The notes beneath the pieces were generated by a model. It saw only the letters and a list, made by a program, of their open reading frames with translations, was not told the DNA's origin and searched no databases. From an uncultured Candidatus Saccharibacteria bacterium (GTDB lineage Bacteria; Patescibacteriota; Minisyncoccia; Phycocordibacterales; SBAW01), in assembly GCA_964420015.1 (NCBI GenBank), contig CAYQPO010000002.1:7997-71996 (forward strand): DNA of 64,000 nucleotides, given 5' to 3'. The number at the start of each line of letters is the position of its first letter. Within the stretch, counting starts at the first letter, position 1. Of this stretch, positions 9,696 through 18,763 are shown one piece after another. The position numbers were made by a program, and so were the translations under genes.

Positions 9696-10232
9696 ATGGA
9701 TCTAATTCAAGCAAAACAAAAGAAAACACACGAGGCGCTCAAAGGCGAAATGGGCTGGAAGAGTGTAATGCAAACGCCAAAAATTTCTAAAGTGGTGGTC
9801 TCGGTTGGCGTGGGCAAAATGACCAAAGACAAAGGTCGCGTTGAATTGGTTGCCGACCGGCTTGCTAAGATCACGGGCCAAAAGCCCGCTACTCGCGGCG
9901 CCAAAAAGTCGATCGCAACCTACAAGACCCGGATCGGCGATTTGGTGGGCTACCAGGTGACGCTCCGGGGCAAGCGCATGGAGGACTTTCTTAACCGCCT
10001 GTTGCATGTGGCGCTGCCGCGCACCAAAGACTTTAAAGGCATCTCGCTTGCAGGTGCCGATGAGATGGGCAACTACACGCTCGGCGTGCGCGAGCACACC
10101 GTCTTCCCCGAAACCGCCGACGAGGATATCAAAGATGTGTTCGGGATGGCGATCACAATCGTAACCACTGCTAAAGACAAAAAAGAGGCGCAAGCCTACC
10201 TCAAACACCTCGGCTTCCCGTTTAAGAAATAG
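9696..10232 (+). CDS. rplE: 50S ribosomal protein L5
   Basis: 178 aa; L5 family. Confidence 0.95.
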   Translation: MDLIQAKQKKTHEALKGEMGWKSVMQTPKISKVVVSVGVGKMTKDKGRVELVADRLAKITGQKPATRGAKKSIATYKTRIGDLVGYQVTLRGKRMEDFLNRLLHVALPRTKDFKGISLAGADEMGNYTLGVREHTVFPETADEDIKDVFGMAITIVTTAKDKKEAQAYLKHLGFPFKK

Positions 10233-10290
10233 GGAACAAAAAACTCCAGAGGCGTTTTTGAGATATCCTCGGCGGGAAGGAATTATAAAG

Positions 10291-10317
10291 AAAAAGGCAC
10301 GACCGTAAGGCCGTGCC
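10291..10317 (-). terminator. terminator for the antisense gene block
   Basis: ggcacgacc-gtaa-ggccgtgcc hairpin with a T-run on the minus strand. Confidence 0.45.
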
Positions 10318-10337
10318 AAATTGATTGAAGGTTCTCG

Positions 10338-10670
10338 CTACTTTTTCATGAGAGCGTCGACCCTGAATTCCGCCCACGTCTGGGGATCGTAGATCTTCGC
10401 TGAAAGTTGCTCGAGCTCGGCGATGCGATTGTCGTCCATGACAGGATGGTAGCGCTGCATGAACTCGCCGAGTGGACGGAAATCCCAGCCGCCCTTGATC
10501 TTGTAGACGTAGGCTTCTTGGTCGAGAGGGCGGTAGACCACCACTTCTTCCCAGCCTGGCGGTGCATCTTTGCAATAAGCCAGCTTGAGCCACTCGACCA
10601 CCCGTACCCCGGGTGCAGCGTCTTCGGGACGCTCGACGTGATCGAAGTACTTCACCTCCTTGATCGGCAT
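10338..10670 (-). CDS. hypothetical protein (~110 aa)
   Basis: start MPIKEVKYFDH..., 1 nt after the stop of the upstream MOSC gene (TAAcATG); no family recognised. Confidence 0.5.
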   Translation of the reverse strand: MPIKEVKYFDHVERPEDAAPGVRVVEWLKLAYCKDAPPGWEEVVVYRPLDQEAYVYKIKGGWDFRPLGEFMQRYHPVMDDNRIAELEQLSAKIYDPQTWAEFRVDALMKK

Positions 10671-10671
10671 G

Positions 10672-11136
10672 TTAATAGTCCTTCTTGGGAGGGACGACCG
10701 AGTCGCCAACCTTGAACATGCCGCTCTTGACGACTTCGGCGATCAACCCACCGCGGTCGTGGAAGACATCGCGGAAGGCAACCGACTTGCCACTGAGGAC
10801 ACTTGGCCGCAAGCAAGGATCGCAGTATTTCACGCCACGCAGTGTTGCCTCGCCGACCTGAAATTCCTTGCCGATGAGATCCATGAGCTCGACGCCGAGC
10901 GTCACGATGTTGCGGCGGGTGTCGACGTAGTCGAATCCGCTGCCAGCGAAGAAAGCTCCGTTGATGAGGCTGACTTGGCGTTTGCCTTGCCGCCCCTTAT
11001 TGAAGCTGCCTTCGCCACGGGAGTAGCGGTCTCCTTCGAGACCCTGCCCCTCAATGGCGTAGACAGTTTGCTGTTGCTGCATCGGGGCTCCTGCTTCGGA
11101 TCCGATGCAGATGGCTAATACGCTTCCGTTCGCCAT
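10672..11136 (-). CDS. MOSC-domain protein (YcbX/YiiM-like)
   Basis: start MANGSVLAICIGSEAG; GDRY...LINGAFFAGSGFDYVD...GVKYCDPC resembles the MOSC beta-barrel domain with its conserved Cys. Confidence 0.55.
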   Translation of the reverse strand: MANGSVLAICIGSEAGAPMQQQQTVYAIEGQGLEGDRYSRGEGSFNKGRQGKRQVSLINGAFFAGSGFDYVDTRRNIVTLGVELMDLIGKEFQVGEATLRGVKYCDPCLRPSVLSGKSVAFRDVFHDRGGLIAEVVKSGMFKVGDSVVPPKKDY

Positions 11137-11289
11137 TTTGTGCCTCCCTGGTTGGAACAAAGCGGCCTTTAAAATACAATGGACACCCACGATTAGCAAG
11201 GAAATTTTTGCAAAGCCTCTTTCACCGAAAGGTATTTTAGAAACGTGGAGGAGTTTTTGCGGAACAACTGTCAAGAAATAAAAAATGAA

Positions 11290-11321
11290 GAGCCTGGCGG
11301 TGAAGCCGGGCTCTTTCTTTT
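11290..11321. terminator. hairpin terminator
   Basis: gagcctggc-ggtgaa-gccgggctc + TTTCTTTT. Confidence 0.5.
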
Positions 11322-11329
11322 GTGGCGTA

Positions 11330-11761
11330 CTAGGCGGAGTAGGTGACGAGCACCTGTCGCATATAGCGGCGATGGCGAAGAAAGTTCTGAGCTTTTTTGA
11401 GGAGATCTTGGCGCAGCTCTCGCAGTATTTGCGAATACGCCACCTCGCTTTCTGGAGGCTCCTCTCCAAGCGCTTTTCGCGTCTCGATGGTCCGAAAGAG
11501 GAGAAACGCAACTGTTTCTAAACTTTTACTCGTGTTGCGCATCGCCACCACTTCTTTGAAGCAAGCTCGGCGCTTGGCCAACGTAGCTTCGAATCGACAG
11601 CCCTGGGCAAGCCGAACAAAGAAGTACTCAGAGGGTGCCTCCAGAAAGCCCTTCTCGATGGAGTAGAAAGGTTCTTTCAGAGCCGGGCCAAGAAAAAGTT
11701 TCTCTGCGCTCGCGGTTGTGGCCAGACAGAGCCACGTAATCAAAACAAGAATGGACCTCAT
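11330..11761 (-). CDS. secreted hypothetical protein (signal peptide MRSILVLITWLCLATTASA)
   Basis: start chosen at the signal-peptide Met inside ORF 11330..11875. Confidence 0.5.
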   Translation of the reverse strand: MRSILVLITWLCLATTASAEKLFLGPALKEPFYSIEKGFLEAPSEYFFVRLAQGCRFEATLAKRRACFKEVVAMRNTSKSLETVAFLLFRTIETRKALGEEPPESEVAYSQILRELRQDLLKKAQNFLRHRRYMRQVLVTYSA

Positions 11762-11811
11762 CTGCAGCCTCCTTGGCTGGTTTCTACTCAGCAGTATATA
11801 CAAAAAACAAA

Positions 11812-11837
11812 GGCCCGCCGATGAGGCGGGCCTTTTT
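11812..11837. terminator. hairpin terminator
   Basis: ggcccgcc-gatga-ggcgggcc + TTTTT. Confidence 0.6.
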
Positions 11838-11853
11838 GATTGCGGGGCGAGGA

Positions 11854-12102
11854 TCAGGCAATGATCTTGAGCCACCGGCCGTTGATCCAGAAGAACGCCT
11901 TGGGGTGGGGGTAGCCATCCTTATCGATGATCTGGATGTCCTCGTCGAGGACCTCCCAGTCGTCGCTGCGGAGAATTTCGCCCATGTGAGTGGTCATCTC
12001 CTCCGGCGACTCGTGGTGGAGTGATACCTCGGCGAAAGCATCGAGGAGGGCGTCGTGAGCTTGGTCCTCCTTCGACTTGAGCGCAAGAACAGCTGCAGCC
12101 AT
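11854..12102 (-). CDS. hypothetical acidic protein (82 aa)
   Basis: ORF with a downstream terminator; no family recognised. Confidence 0.4.
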   Translation of the reverse strand: MAAAVLALKSKEDQAHDALLDAFAEVSLHHESPEEMTTHMGEILRSDDWEVLDEDIQIIDKDGYPHPKAFFWINGRWLKIIA

Positions 12103-12181
12103 AGTGGCTCCCTACGTTGCCGTTGACCTGTATAAACTAGTAACCCAATTCGTAAGAGTTGTCAACTTTTTACCCAGATAT

Positions 12182-12210
12182 TTGCATTATTTATAGCCCT
12201 AGGCTATAGT
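12182..12210 (+). promoter_or_regulatory. promoter TTGCAT-N17-TATAGT restarting the spc-type operon at rpsN
   Basis: cctaggcTATAGTG extended -10; followed by an ~80-nt structured leader (ggtctccc...ggggagatacc). Confidence 0.5.
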
Positions 12211-12292
12211 GCTCGAAGCCCAATCAGGGCCCCTTTTTCTTGTTAGGTCTCCCAGACATAGGTTGGGGAGATACCGACAGGATCATAGCCAT

Positions 12293-12478
12293 ATGGCAAA
12301 GAAATCTACCGTTGCACGCTCAAACCGCCCCCCGAAGTTTAAGTCTCGGGTGGTTCGCCGTTGCTTTCGCTGCGGCCGCAAGCGCGCCTTTATGCGCGAC
12401 TTCGGCCTTTGTCGCGCCTGCTTTCGCGAAGCAGCAAATGAGGGTCTTATCCCAGGCGTGAAGAAATCGTCTTGGTAA
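12293..12478 (+). CDS. rpsN: 30S ribosomal protein S14 type Z (zinc-ribbon form, 61 aa)
   Basis: [46 protein letters not shown] with CxxC...CxxC. Confidence 0.9.
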   Translation: MAKKSTVARSNRPPKFKSRVVRRCFRCGRKRAFMRDFGLCRACFREAANEGLIPGVKKSSW

Positions 12479-12481
12479 TGT

Positions 12482-12862
12482 ATGGTAACTGACCCTATTG
12501 CAGACTTGTTGGTTCGCCTCCAAAATGCTTCGCGCGTGGGCAAAGTGTCTGTCTCGCTCCCATACTCGCGCATTAAGCTTTCGATCGCTGAAGTGTTGGC
12601 CAAAGAGGGCTACGTAGAGAGTCCTTCGCAAAAAAACTTCTCGCTCACTATTCCTTTGCGCTACAGCGCTGGCAAACCCGCAATCCAAGGCGTTAAGCGC
12701 CTCTCCAAGCCCTCACGCCGCACCTATCTCGGTGTGCGCGACGTTCGCTCGGTTAAGCGCGGCCATGGGCTTTTGGTCCTCTCGACGCCAAAGGGTGTTA
12801 TGAGCGGCCAAGAGGCGCGCAAGCAGCGCGTCGGTGGCGAAGCCCTGTTCGAAATTTGGTAA
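12482..12862 (+). CDS. rpsH: 30S ribosomal protein S8
   Basis: 126 aa; S8 family. Confidence 0.95.
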   Translation: MVTDPIADLLVRLQNASRVGKVSVSLPYSRIKLSIAEVLAKEGYVESPSQKNFSLTIPLRYSAGKPAIQGVKRLSKPSRRTYLGVRDVRSVKRGHGLLVLSTPKGVMSGQEARKQRVGGEALFEIW

Positions 12863-12867
12863 TTATT

Positions 12868-13401
12868 ATGAGCCGCCTTGCTAAACGCCCCATTGCTATA
12901 CCGCCCAAAACCGAGGTTACCGTCTCCGGTTCTTCGGTCGTGGTTAAGGGTCCCAAGGGCACGCTTGAAAAGCCGCTGCACCGCCTGGTAAACATCGAGG
13001 TGGGAGGCGAGGGTGTGCAGGTTTCTCCCAAGGGCGAGAGTCTTGAGAGCAAGGCGCTTATTGGTACGTACGCTTCACACGTGCGCAACATGCTCCAAGG
13101 GGTCAACAGTGGTTTTTCGAAGAAGCTCTTGGTTGAGGGGGTGGGCTACAAATGGGACCTTAAGGGTAAACAAATCCAGCTTGCGCTGGGCTTCTCTCAC
13201 CCCGTGCTTGTAGACGTCCCCGAGGGGATTGCGATCAGAATAGACAAGGGAACGATGGAGATCGTTGGCGCCGACAAAGAGTTGGTCGGCCAGTTTGCCG
13301 CCAACATCCGCGCATTAAAAAAACCCGAGCCGTATAAAGGCAAGGGCATCCGCTACGAGGGTGAGGTTGTCCGTCGCAAGCAAGGCAAGAAGGCTGCATA
13401 G
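12868..13401 (+). CDS. rplF: 50S ribosomal protein L6
   Basis: start at [12 protein letters not shown] within ORF 12856; L6 family. Confidence 0.92.
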   Translation: MSRLAKRPIAIPPKTEVTVSGSSVVVKGPKGTLEKPLHRLVNIEVGGEGVQVSPKGESLESKALIGTYASHVRNMLQGVNSGFSKKLLVEGVGYKWDLKGKQIQLALGFSHPVLVDVPEGIAIRIDKGTMEIVGADKELVGQFAANIRALKKPEPYKGKGIRYEGEVVRRKQGKKAA

Positions 13402-13430
13402 TTCGATATGACTCACCACCAGTAACCACT
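13402..13430 (+). promoter_or_regulatory. motif C with conserved 5-codon uORF (ATG ACT CAC CAC CAG TAA) directly upstream of rplR
   Basis: ttcgatATGACTCACCACCAGTAAccactATG; a near-identical copy at ~43246 precedes the 98-aa pilus-operon gene (ATG ACT CAC TAC CGG TAA). Confidence 0.5.
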
Positions 13431-13730
13431 ATGAAACTCCAACGCCGCCACAACCGCATACGCGCCAAGATCTCTGGCACTTCGGAGCGCCCGCGCTTGG
13501 CAGTGTATCGCTCCAATCGCTTTATGGAGGCGCAGGTTATTGATGACACAAGGGGCCGTACGCTTTTGAGCGGCAAGATGGCTGACCCCGAAAAGCTCGG
13601 GAGTGAGATTGCTTCTAAAGCCAAAGTGCAAGGGATCACCAAGGTGGTGTTCGATCGCGGCGGTTTTCGGTATAGTGGCAAGGTCGCTAAGCTAGCGGAG
13701 GCGGCGCGCAAGGGTGGTCTGGAATTCTAA
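13431..13730 (+). CDS. rplR: 50S ribosomal protein L18
   Basis: 99 aa; L18 family. Confidence 0.9.
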   Translation: MKLQRRHNRIRAKISGTSERPRLAVYRSNRFMEAQVIDDTRGRTLLSGKMADPEKLGSEIASKAKVQGITKVVFDRGGFRYSGKVAKLAEAARKGGLEF

Positions 13731-13763
13731 AAATCACTCGTAAACTCGTATTCAACACATTGT

Positions 13764-14351
13764 ATGGCTGACGAAATTATCACAACGCAAGAGGCAGTTA
13801 CAACGGAGGCTACCCCCGAGGTTGCTGCGACGCCTCAAGACGCACGCCCGGGCCGCGGTGAACGAGGTCGTGGCCGCGGCCGCGGCGACCGCCGGCCATC
13901 GAGCCGCCCCCCTCGCCAAAAGAGCGAGTTTGACCAAAAAATGATCACAATCCGCCGTGTGGCACGCACGGTCGCTGGGGGCAGGCGCTTCTCTTTCTCA
14001 GTGGCGCTCATTATCGGCAACAAAAAGGGCAAAGTGGGTGTGGGCTTGGGTAAGGCCGGCGACACCACGCTCGCGATCGACAAAGCGGTGCGCGATGCCA
14101 AAAAGCATATGATCACGGTCAATCTCACCGAAGAGAACTCGATCGCGCACGAAACGCACGCAAAATATGCCGCGTCACGCGTTATGCTCATACCGGCCAA
14201 GGGCCGCGGTTTGGTCGCCGGCTCCTCGGTACGCCCCGTGCTCGAGCTTGCGGGCATTACCAACACGGTTGCCAAGATTCACTCGGGTTCAAAAAATGGT
14301 CTCAACAATGCGCGCGCTGCAATTGCCGCACTTAAATCACTGAAAGCGTAA
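13764..14351 (+). CDS. rpsE: 30S ribosomal protein S5 with Arg/Gly-rich N-terminal extension
   Basis: S5 dsRBD and C-terminal domain; ~50 aa low-complexity N-terminus. Confidence 0.93.
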   Translation: MADEIITTQEAVTTEATPEVAATPQDARPGRGERGRGRGRGDRRPSSRPPRQKSEFDQKMITIRRVARTVAGGRRFSFSVALIIGNKKGKVGVGLGKAGDTTLAIDKAVRDAKKHMITVNLTEENSIAHETHAKYAASRVMLIPAKGRGLVAGSSVRPVLELAGITNTVAKIHSGSKNGLNNARAAIAALKSLKA

Positions 14352-14357
14352 ATTTCT

Positions 14358-14804
14358 ATGCAACTCCACGAACTTAAACGTCATACTCCCAACAAAGGCT
14401 CCAAACGCATTGGTCGCGGTCGCGGCTCGGGCAAGGGCAAGACCGCTGGGCGCGGCACCAAAGGGCAAAACGCTCGTGCTGGCCACAAAAAGCGCCCTGA
14501 TGTCCGCGAGAAGCTCAAAAAACTTCCCAAGCTGCGCGGGCGCGGTATTCATCCGCTCCACTCTATACAGCTGCGTGCCTCGGTGGTCAACCTTACCGTG
14601 CTCGAAAAGGTGTTTAACGCAGGTGAGGTGGTAAGCCCGACGACGCTCCTTGAGCGCGGCGTTGTGCGCGCACGCAAAGGGCAAACTCCTGCAATTAAAA
14701 TTTTGGGCGAAGGGAGTTTGAGCAAGAAACTCACGTTTGAAAAGGTGGCGACCTCGGCCTCGGCCAAAGCCGCAATAGAAAAGGCCGGCGGCTCAGTTGC
14801 CTAA
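14358..14804 (+). CDS. rplO: 50S ribosomal protein L15 (no L30 gene lies between rpsE and rplO)
   Basis: 148 aa; L15 family; the 6-nt rpsE-rplO gap leaves no room for rpmD. Confidence 0.93.
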   Translation: MQLHELKRHTPNKGSKRIGRGRGSGKGKTAGRGTKGQNARAGHKKRPDVREKLKKLPKLRGRGIHPLHSIQLRASVVNLTVLEKVFNAGEVVSPTTLLERGVVRARKGQTPAIKILGEGSLSKKLTFEKVATSASAKAAIEKAGGSVA

Positions 14805-16080
14805 GATCATGGGTACTTTTATCCAAAAACTCACGCTCCTCATCCAAGACCCACAGCTGCGCGGGCGCCTCTTTTTTGTAATCGGCTCTTTGGCGGTCTT
14901 TCGCGTGCTTGCCTCGATCCCCATCCCGGGCATCAATGCCGCGCAATTGCAAAATTTTTTCACCAATAACCAGTTTTTTGGCTTGCTCAACCTCTTTTCT
15001 GGCGGGGGGCTCTCTAACCTTTCGCTCGTGATGCTCGGTGTGGGTCCCTACATTACCGCCTCGATCGTGATGCAGCTCTTGACCCTCATGATCCCGAGCC
15101 TCAAGGCGCTCTATCAAGAAGAGGGCGAGGCCGGCCGCGCCAAGTTTAGTATGTATACCCGCCTTCTCACGCTCCCCGTGGCGGTGGTCCAAGGCATCTC
15201 ATTCCTTATTATTCTTGAGCGCCAAGCGGTGCTACCGATTTTGGGCACGCTCCCATTTGTCATCAACCTCATCACGATCGTTGCGGGCTCGCTCCTGCTC
15301 ATGTGGATCGGCGAACTTATTTCTGAGTATGGCCTCGGCAACGGGGTGTCGGTGCTCATCTTTGCAGGTATTGTGGCGCGCTTGCCGAGCGACTTTTCTC
15401 AAACACTGTTCGCCTTCGACTCGACGCAAATCCCCGTGTATCTCGGGTTTATTGTCGCTGCGCTTGCGGTTATAGCTGCGGTGGTACTCATTACCGAGGC
15501 CGAGCGCCCCGTGCCGGTAACCTACGCTAAGCGCGTCCGAGGAATGAAGTTTTTTGGTGGCTCCTCGACCTATTTGCCGCTGCGCCTCAACCAGGCAGGA
15601 GTGATCCCAATCATCTTTGCGCTCTCGTTTTTGCTCATCCCGCAGATGTTCGCAACCTTCTTTCAGGGTTCCTCGCATACAATTTTGGCGAGTATTTCGG
15701 CATGGATCTTGAGCGTACTCCAAAACCTTACGGTGTACGGTCTCGTCTACTTTGTGCTGGTCTTCCTCTTTACCTACTTCTATACCGCGGTTACGTTTGA
15801 CCCACACCAAATTGCCGAGAACCTGCAAAAAAACGGCGCGTTCATCCCCGGCGTGCGCCCGGGCAATTCGACCGAAGAGTACTTGGGGAGCGTGATCACC
15901 CGCATCACCTTTGTAGGCGCTCTGTTCCTCGGCGTGATCGCGGTGTTACCGATCATTATGCAAGGAGTAACGGGGCTCACCACACTCTCACTTGGCGGCA
16001 CCGCGCTCCTCATCGTTGTCTCGGTTATTTTGGACCTCGCCCGCCGCATCGACGCGCAGATCTCCATTCGCGAATACTAG
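14797..16080 (+). CDS. secY: preprotein translocase SecY
   Basis: 427 aa; 10 TM; SecY family. Confidence 0.95.
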   Translation: MPKIMGTFIQKLTLLIQDPQLRGRLFFVIGSLAVFRVLASIPIPGINAAQLQNFFTNNQFFGLLNLFSGGGLSNLSLVMLGVGPYITASIVMQLLTLMIPSLKALYQEEGEAGRAKFSMYTRLLTLPVAVVQGISFLIILERQAVLPILGTLPFVINLITIVAGSLLLMWIGELISEYGLGNGVSVLIFAGIVARLPSDFSQTLFAFDSTQIPVYLGFIVAALAVIAAVVLITEAERPVPVTYAKRVRGMKFFGGSSTYLPLRLNQAGVIPIIFALSFLLIPQMFATFFQGSSHTILASISAWILSVLQNLTVYGLVYFVLVFLFTYFYTAVTFDPHQIAENLQKNGAFIPGVRPGNSTEEYLGSVITRITFVGALFLGVIAVLPIIMQGVTGLTTLSLGGTALLIVVSVILDLARRIDAQISIREY

Positions 16081-16095
16081 CGGTAGAATACGCCT

Positions 16096-16455
16096 ATGAA
16101 GCGCATCGGGGCACGCATCATAGCTGAAGCTTTGTTTGTACTCCACAGTGGGCTTATGGTGGTGCTTTTGGTAGGATGGCTCTTCCCCGAGCCGTACTAC
16201 TACATTTACCTTTCGATCCTCTCGGCCACCTTTCTTACCCAGCTTTTCTTCCGCTACTGTTTGCTCACCGCGTGGGAGTTTTATTTTAGACGCGTGCTCC
16301 AGCCCGACTTAGGCCCCACGCCTTACTTCTTGACCTACTACTCACACAAAATGTTCCCGGGCTGGGTAACCGACAGCTTCGTCGATCGTATCTCGCTGGT
16401 CTTTTTGGGTGTCTCGATCGCCTTTGCCGCACTGCATCTATCAGGGAATTTATAG
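16096..16455 (+). CDS. hypothetical membrane protein (119 aa, 3-4 TM) between secY and adk
   Basis: hydrophobic ORF; no family recognised. Confidence 0.45.
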   Translation: MKRIGARIIAEALFVLHSGLMVVLLVGWLFPEPYYYIYLSILSATFLTQLFFRYCLLTAWEFYFRRVLQPDLGPTPYFLTYYSHKMFPGWVTDSFVDRISLVFLGVSIAFAALHLSGNL

Positions 16456-16467
16456 TAGAGTGGGGCA

Positions 16468-17037
16468 ATGCAACTCCACACATTTTTGATGATGGGTAGG
16501 CCCGGCGCGGGGAAAGGGACTCAAGCTAAGCTCTTGGCCAAAAAGTTGGGTGCCGAAATTTATTCTTCGGGCAATCGCTTGCGCGAGATGGCTAAAGGTC
16601 ATGGATTTGTGGCCGAAAAAGTAAAACATGTGATAGAGCGCGGCGACCTACTCCCCCCATGGTTCTCCTCGCATCTGTTTGTTGACCTCTTGCTCGGGCG
16701 CGAGCCGAGTGAGCTGGTGGTGTTCGAAGGGGCGTGCCGCCGGCTTGAGGAGGCACAGGCGTTTGACCAAACCGCCACCTGGCTCGAGCGTCCGTACAAA
16801 GCGATCTTTTTAAATATTTCTGACCAAGAGGTAGAAAAACGCCTGCGCTTACGTGCGGGGGTAGAGGGGCGTAAAGATGATGCTTCAGACACGATCTCGC
16901 ATCGCATTAAAGAGTACGAAGAGAAAACTGCTCCCGCCGTTGCATTTTTTAAAGAGCGCGGCGTGTTGGTCGAAATTAATGGCGAGCAATCGGTGGAGCA
17001 GGTGCAGACTGCAATTGCTACAGCGCTTGGTCTCTGA
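16468..17037 (+). CDS. adk: adenylate kinase
   Basis: GRPGAGKGTQA P-loop; 189 aa. Confidence 0.93.
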   Translation: MQLHTFLMMGRPGAGKGTQAKLLAKKLGAEIYSSGNRLREMAKGHGFVAEKVKHVIERGDLLPPWFSSHLFVDLLLGREPSELVVFEGACRRLEEAQAFDQTATWLERPYKAIFLNISDQEVEKRLRLRAGVEGRKDDASDTISHRIKEYEEKTAPAVAFFKERGVLVEINGEQSVEQVQTAIATALGL

Positions 17038-17061
17038 CAATCAATCGCAAGCTCGTATCCC

Positions 17062-17874
17062 ATGATCACTCGTAACGAAGAAGACCTTAAACAATTGCGC
17101 GCTGCTGGCAAAATTTTGGCCGGCGTGCTCGATGATCTCGAAAAGCTCACTAAAGATGGAGTCTCGGCTGCCGAGCTCGACTTAGCAGCCGAGCACACGA
17201 TCCGTGCGCGCGGCGCCACTCCGGCATTTTTGGGCTACCAACCCGAAGGGGCGACGCATCCATTCCCCGCGACATTGTGCGTTTCACTCAACGACGAGGT
17301 GGTACACGGCCTGCCGCATGCCGAAAAAGTTTTGCGCAAAGGCGACGTGGTCATGTACGACCTCGGGCTCTCGTACAAAGGCTACTTTGTCGATGCTGCG
17401 CGCACCCACTTGGTTGGGTATCATACTAACTTTGTCCAAAGCGGCGAGCAGTCGCTGCGGGTCATCGAGGGCGACGCAGCAGCGCAAAAGTTGATTATGG
17501 CCACCCACGAGGCGCTCGGCGCGGCGCTTGCGGTGATCCGCCCTGGCGCACACACCGGCGACATTGGCGCAGCAGTCTCGCGTGTTGCAAAAAAGTATGG
17601 ATATACCACACCGCACGAGCTTGGCGGCCACGGCTTGGGCAAGGTGGCGCACGAAGGCCCGTTTGTCCCGAACGAGGGTAAAGAGGGCGAGGGAGAGGAG
17701 CTCGTTGAAGGTCAGGTGCTCGCCATCGAACCCATTTTTTGTGAAGGCAGCGCCGTGCTTAAAGAAGATGCCGACCACTGGACGCTGCGCACCAAAGACG
17801 GCAAGCGTTCAGCCGAGTTTGAGGACACCATCATCGTCACCAAAAACGGCTGCGAGGTTTTGACTCGGCTCTAA
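17062..17874 (+). CDS. map: methionine aminopeptidase type I
   Basis: 270 aa; pita-bread fold metal-ligand motifs. Confidence 0.93.
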   Translation: MITRNEEDLKQLRAAGKILAGVLDDLEKLTKDGVSAAELDLAAEHTIRARGATPAFLGYQPEGATHPFPATLCVSLNDEVVHGLPHAEKVLRKGDVVMYDLGLSYKGYFVDAARTHLVGYHTNFVQSGEQSLRVIEGDAAAQKLIMATHEALGAALAVIRPGAHTGDIGAAVSRVAKKYGYTTPHELGGHGLGKVAHEGPFVPNEGKEGEGEELVEGQVLAIEPIFCEGSAVLKEDADHWTLRTKDGKRSAEFEDTIIVTKNGCEVLTRL

Positions 17875-17924
17875 CATATTTTGGCTTGTGTTTTAAGCCT
17901 TTTTGGGCTATTGTGGGGCACTAT

Positions 17925-18512
17925 ATGGCTACAAAAGTTAAAGAAGAGCGGACATTTGTGTTGGTTAAACCTGATGCCGTCCGCAAAGGACTCATTGGCG
18001 AAATCATTAAGCGTTTTGAGCAGCGCGATTTAAAAGTAGTTGCACTAGAGATGCATCACGCAACGGCAAAAGAAATGGATGGTCATTATCCAAAAGATAA
18101 GGCATGGGTGCGGCGCTTGGGTGAGAACACCGTCAAGTCGTATGAAAAATATGGCCTCAATTTAAAAAAAGATTTTGGTACCGAGGATCCACAAAAAATA
18201 GGAGTATTTGTACGCGGCTGGCTTATAGACTTTATGGTTTCTGCGCCGCTCATCAAAATAGTGGTCGAAGGATTGCACGCGATCGACATGGCGCGGAAAA
18301 TTGTCGGCAAATCGATGCCGTACATGGCTGATATGGGGACTATCCGCGGCGACTTCTCGGTTGATTCCCCCGCCCTGGCCAATGCTGAAAAACGTGCGGT
18401 TTCCAACCTTATACATGCCAGCGAGACCCCCGATGAGGCCAAGCATGAGATCAAGCATTGGTTTGGCGACAAAAAAATCTTCTCCTATAAGCGCTTTGGT
18501 GTTGACGAATAA
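17925..18512 (+). CDS. ndk: nucleoside diphosphate kinase (long form, ~195 aa)
   Basis: ERTFVLVKPDAVRKGLIGEIIKRFE...; start at MATKVKEE within ORF 17886. Confidence 0.85.
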   Translation: MATKVKEERTFVLVKPDAVRKGLIGEIIKRFEQRDLKVVALEMHHATAKEMDGHYPKDKAWVRRLGENTVKSYEKYGLNLKKDFGTEDPQKIGVFVRGWLIDFMVSAPLIKIVVEGLHAIDMARKIVGKSMPYMADMGTIRGDFSVDSPALANAEKRAVSNLIHASETPDEAKHEIKHWFGDKKIFSYKRFGVDE

Positions 18513-18763
18513 TCAAACCGAATCTCAAAACTAGAATCCACAACCATAGAAAGGTGATTTTGGTATACTAGGCTCAGGACTACCGAAGGCAAAAGTTACT
18601 TAAGTGATCTACAGGGAAGCTCGAAACCCCTCGCAATCGCGAGATTGTCTGCGCCGCCGTGGCGGCGCGATAGAGCACCCACTTAGCGCAACAAGTAGAC
18701 GCTTTGCTTTCGAAGTCCTACTAAAAATACCGCCTGGAGGCGGCATTTTTAGTAGTCCTGAGC

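Noticed and set aside
15232-15828. 198-aa minus-strand ORF inside secY, and similar antisense ORFs inside EF-Tu, L2, recG, pilB/pilT/pilC, ligA and gatA
   Set aside because: All are overlapped by strongly supported genes on the other strand.
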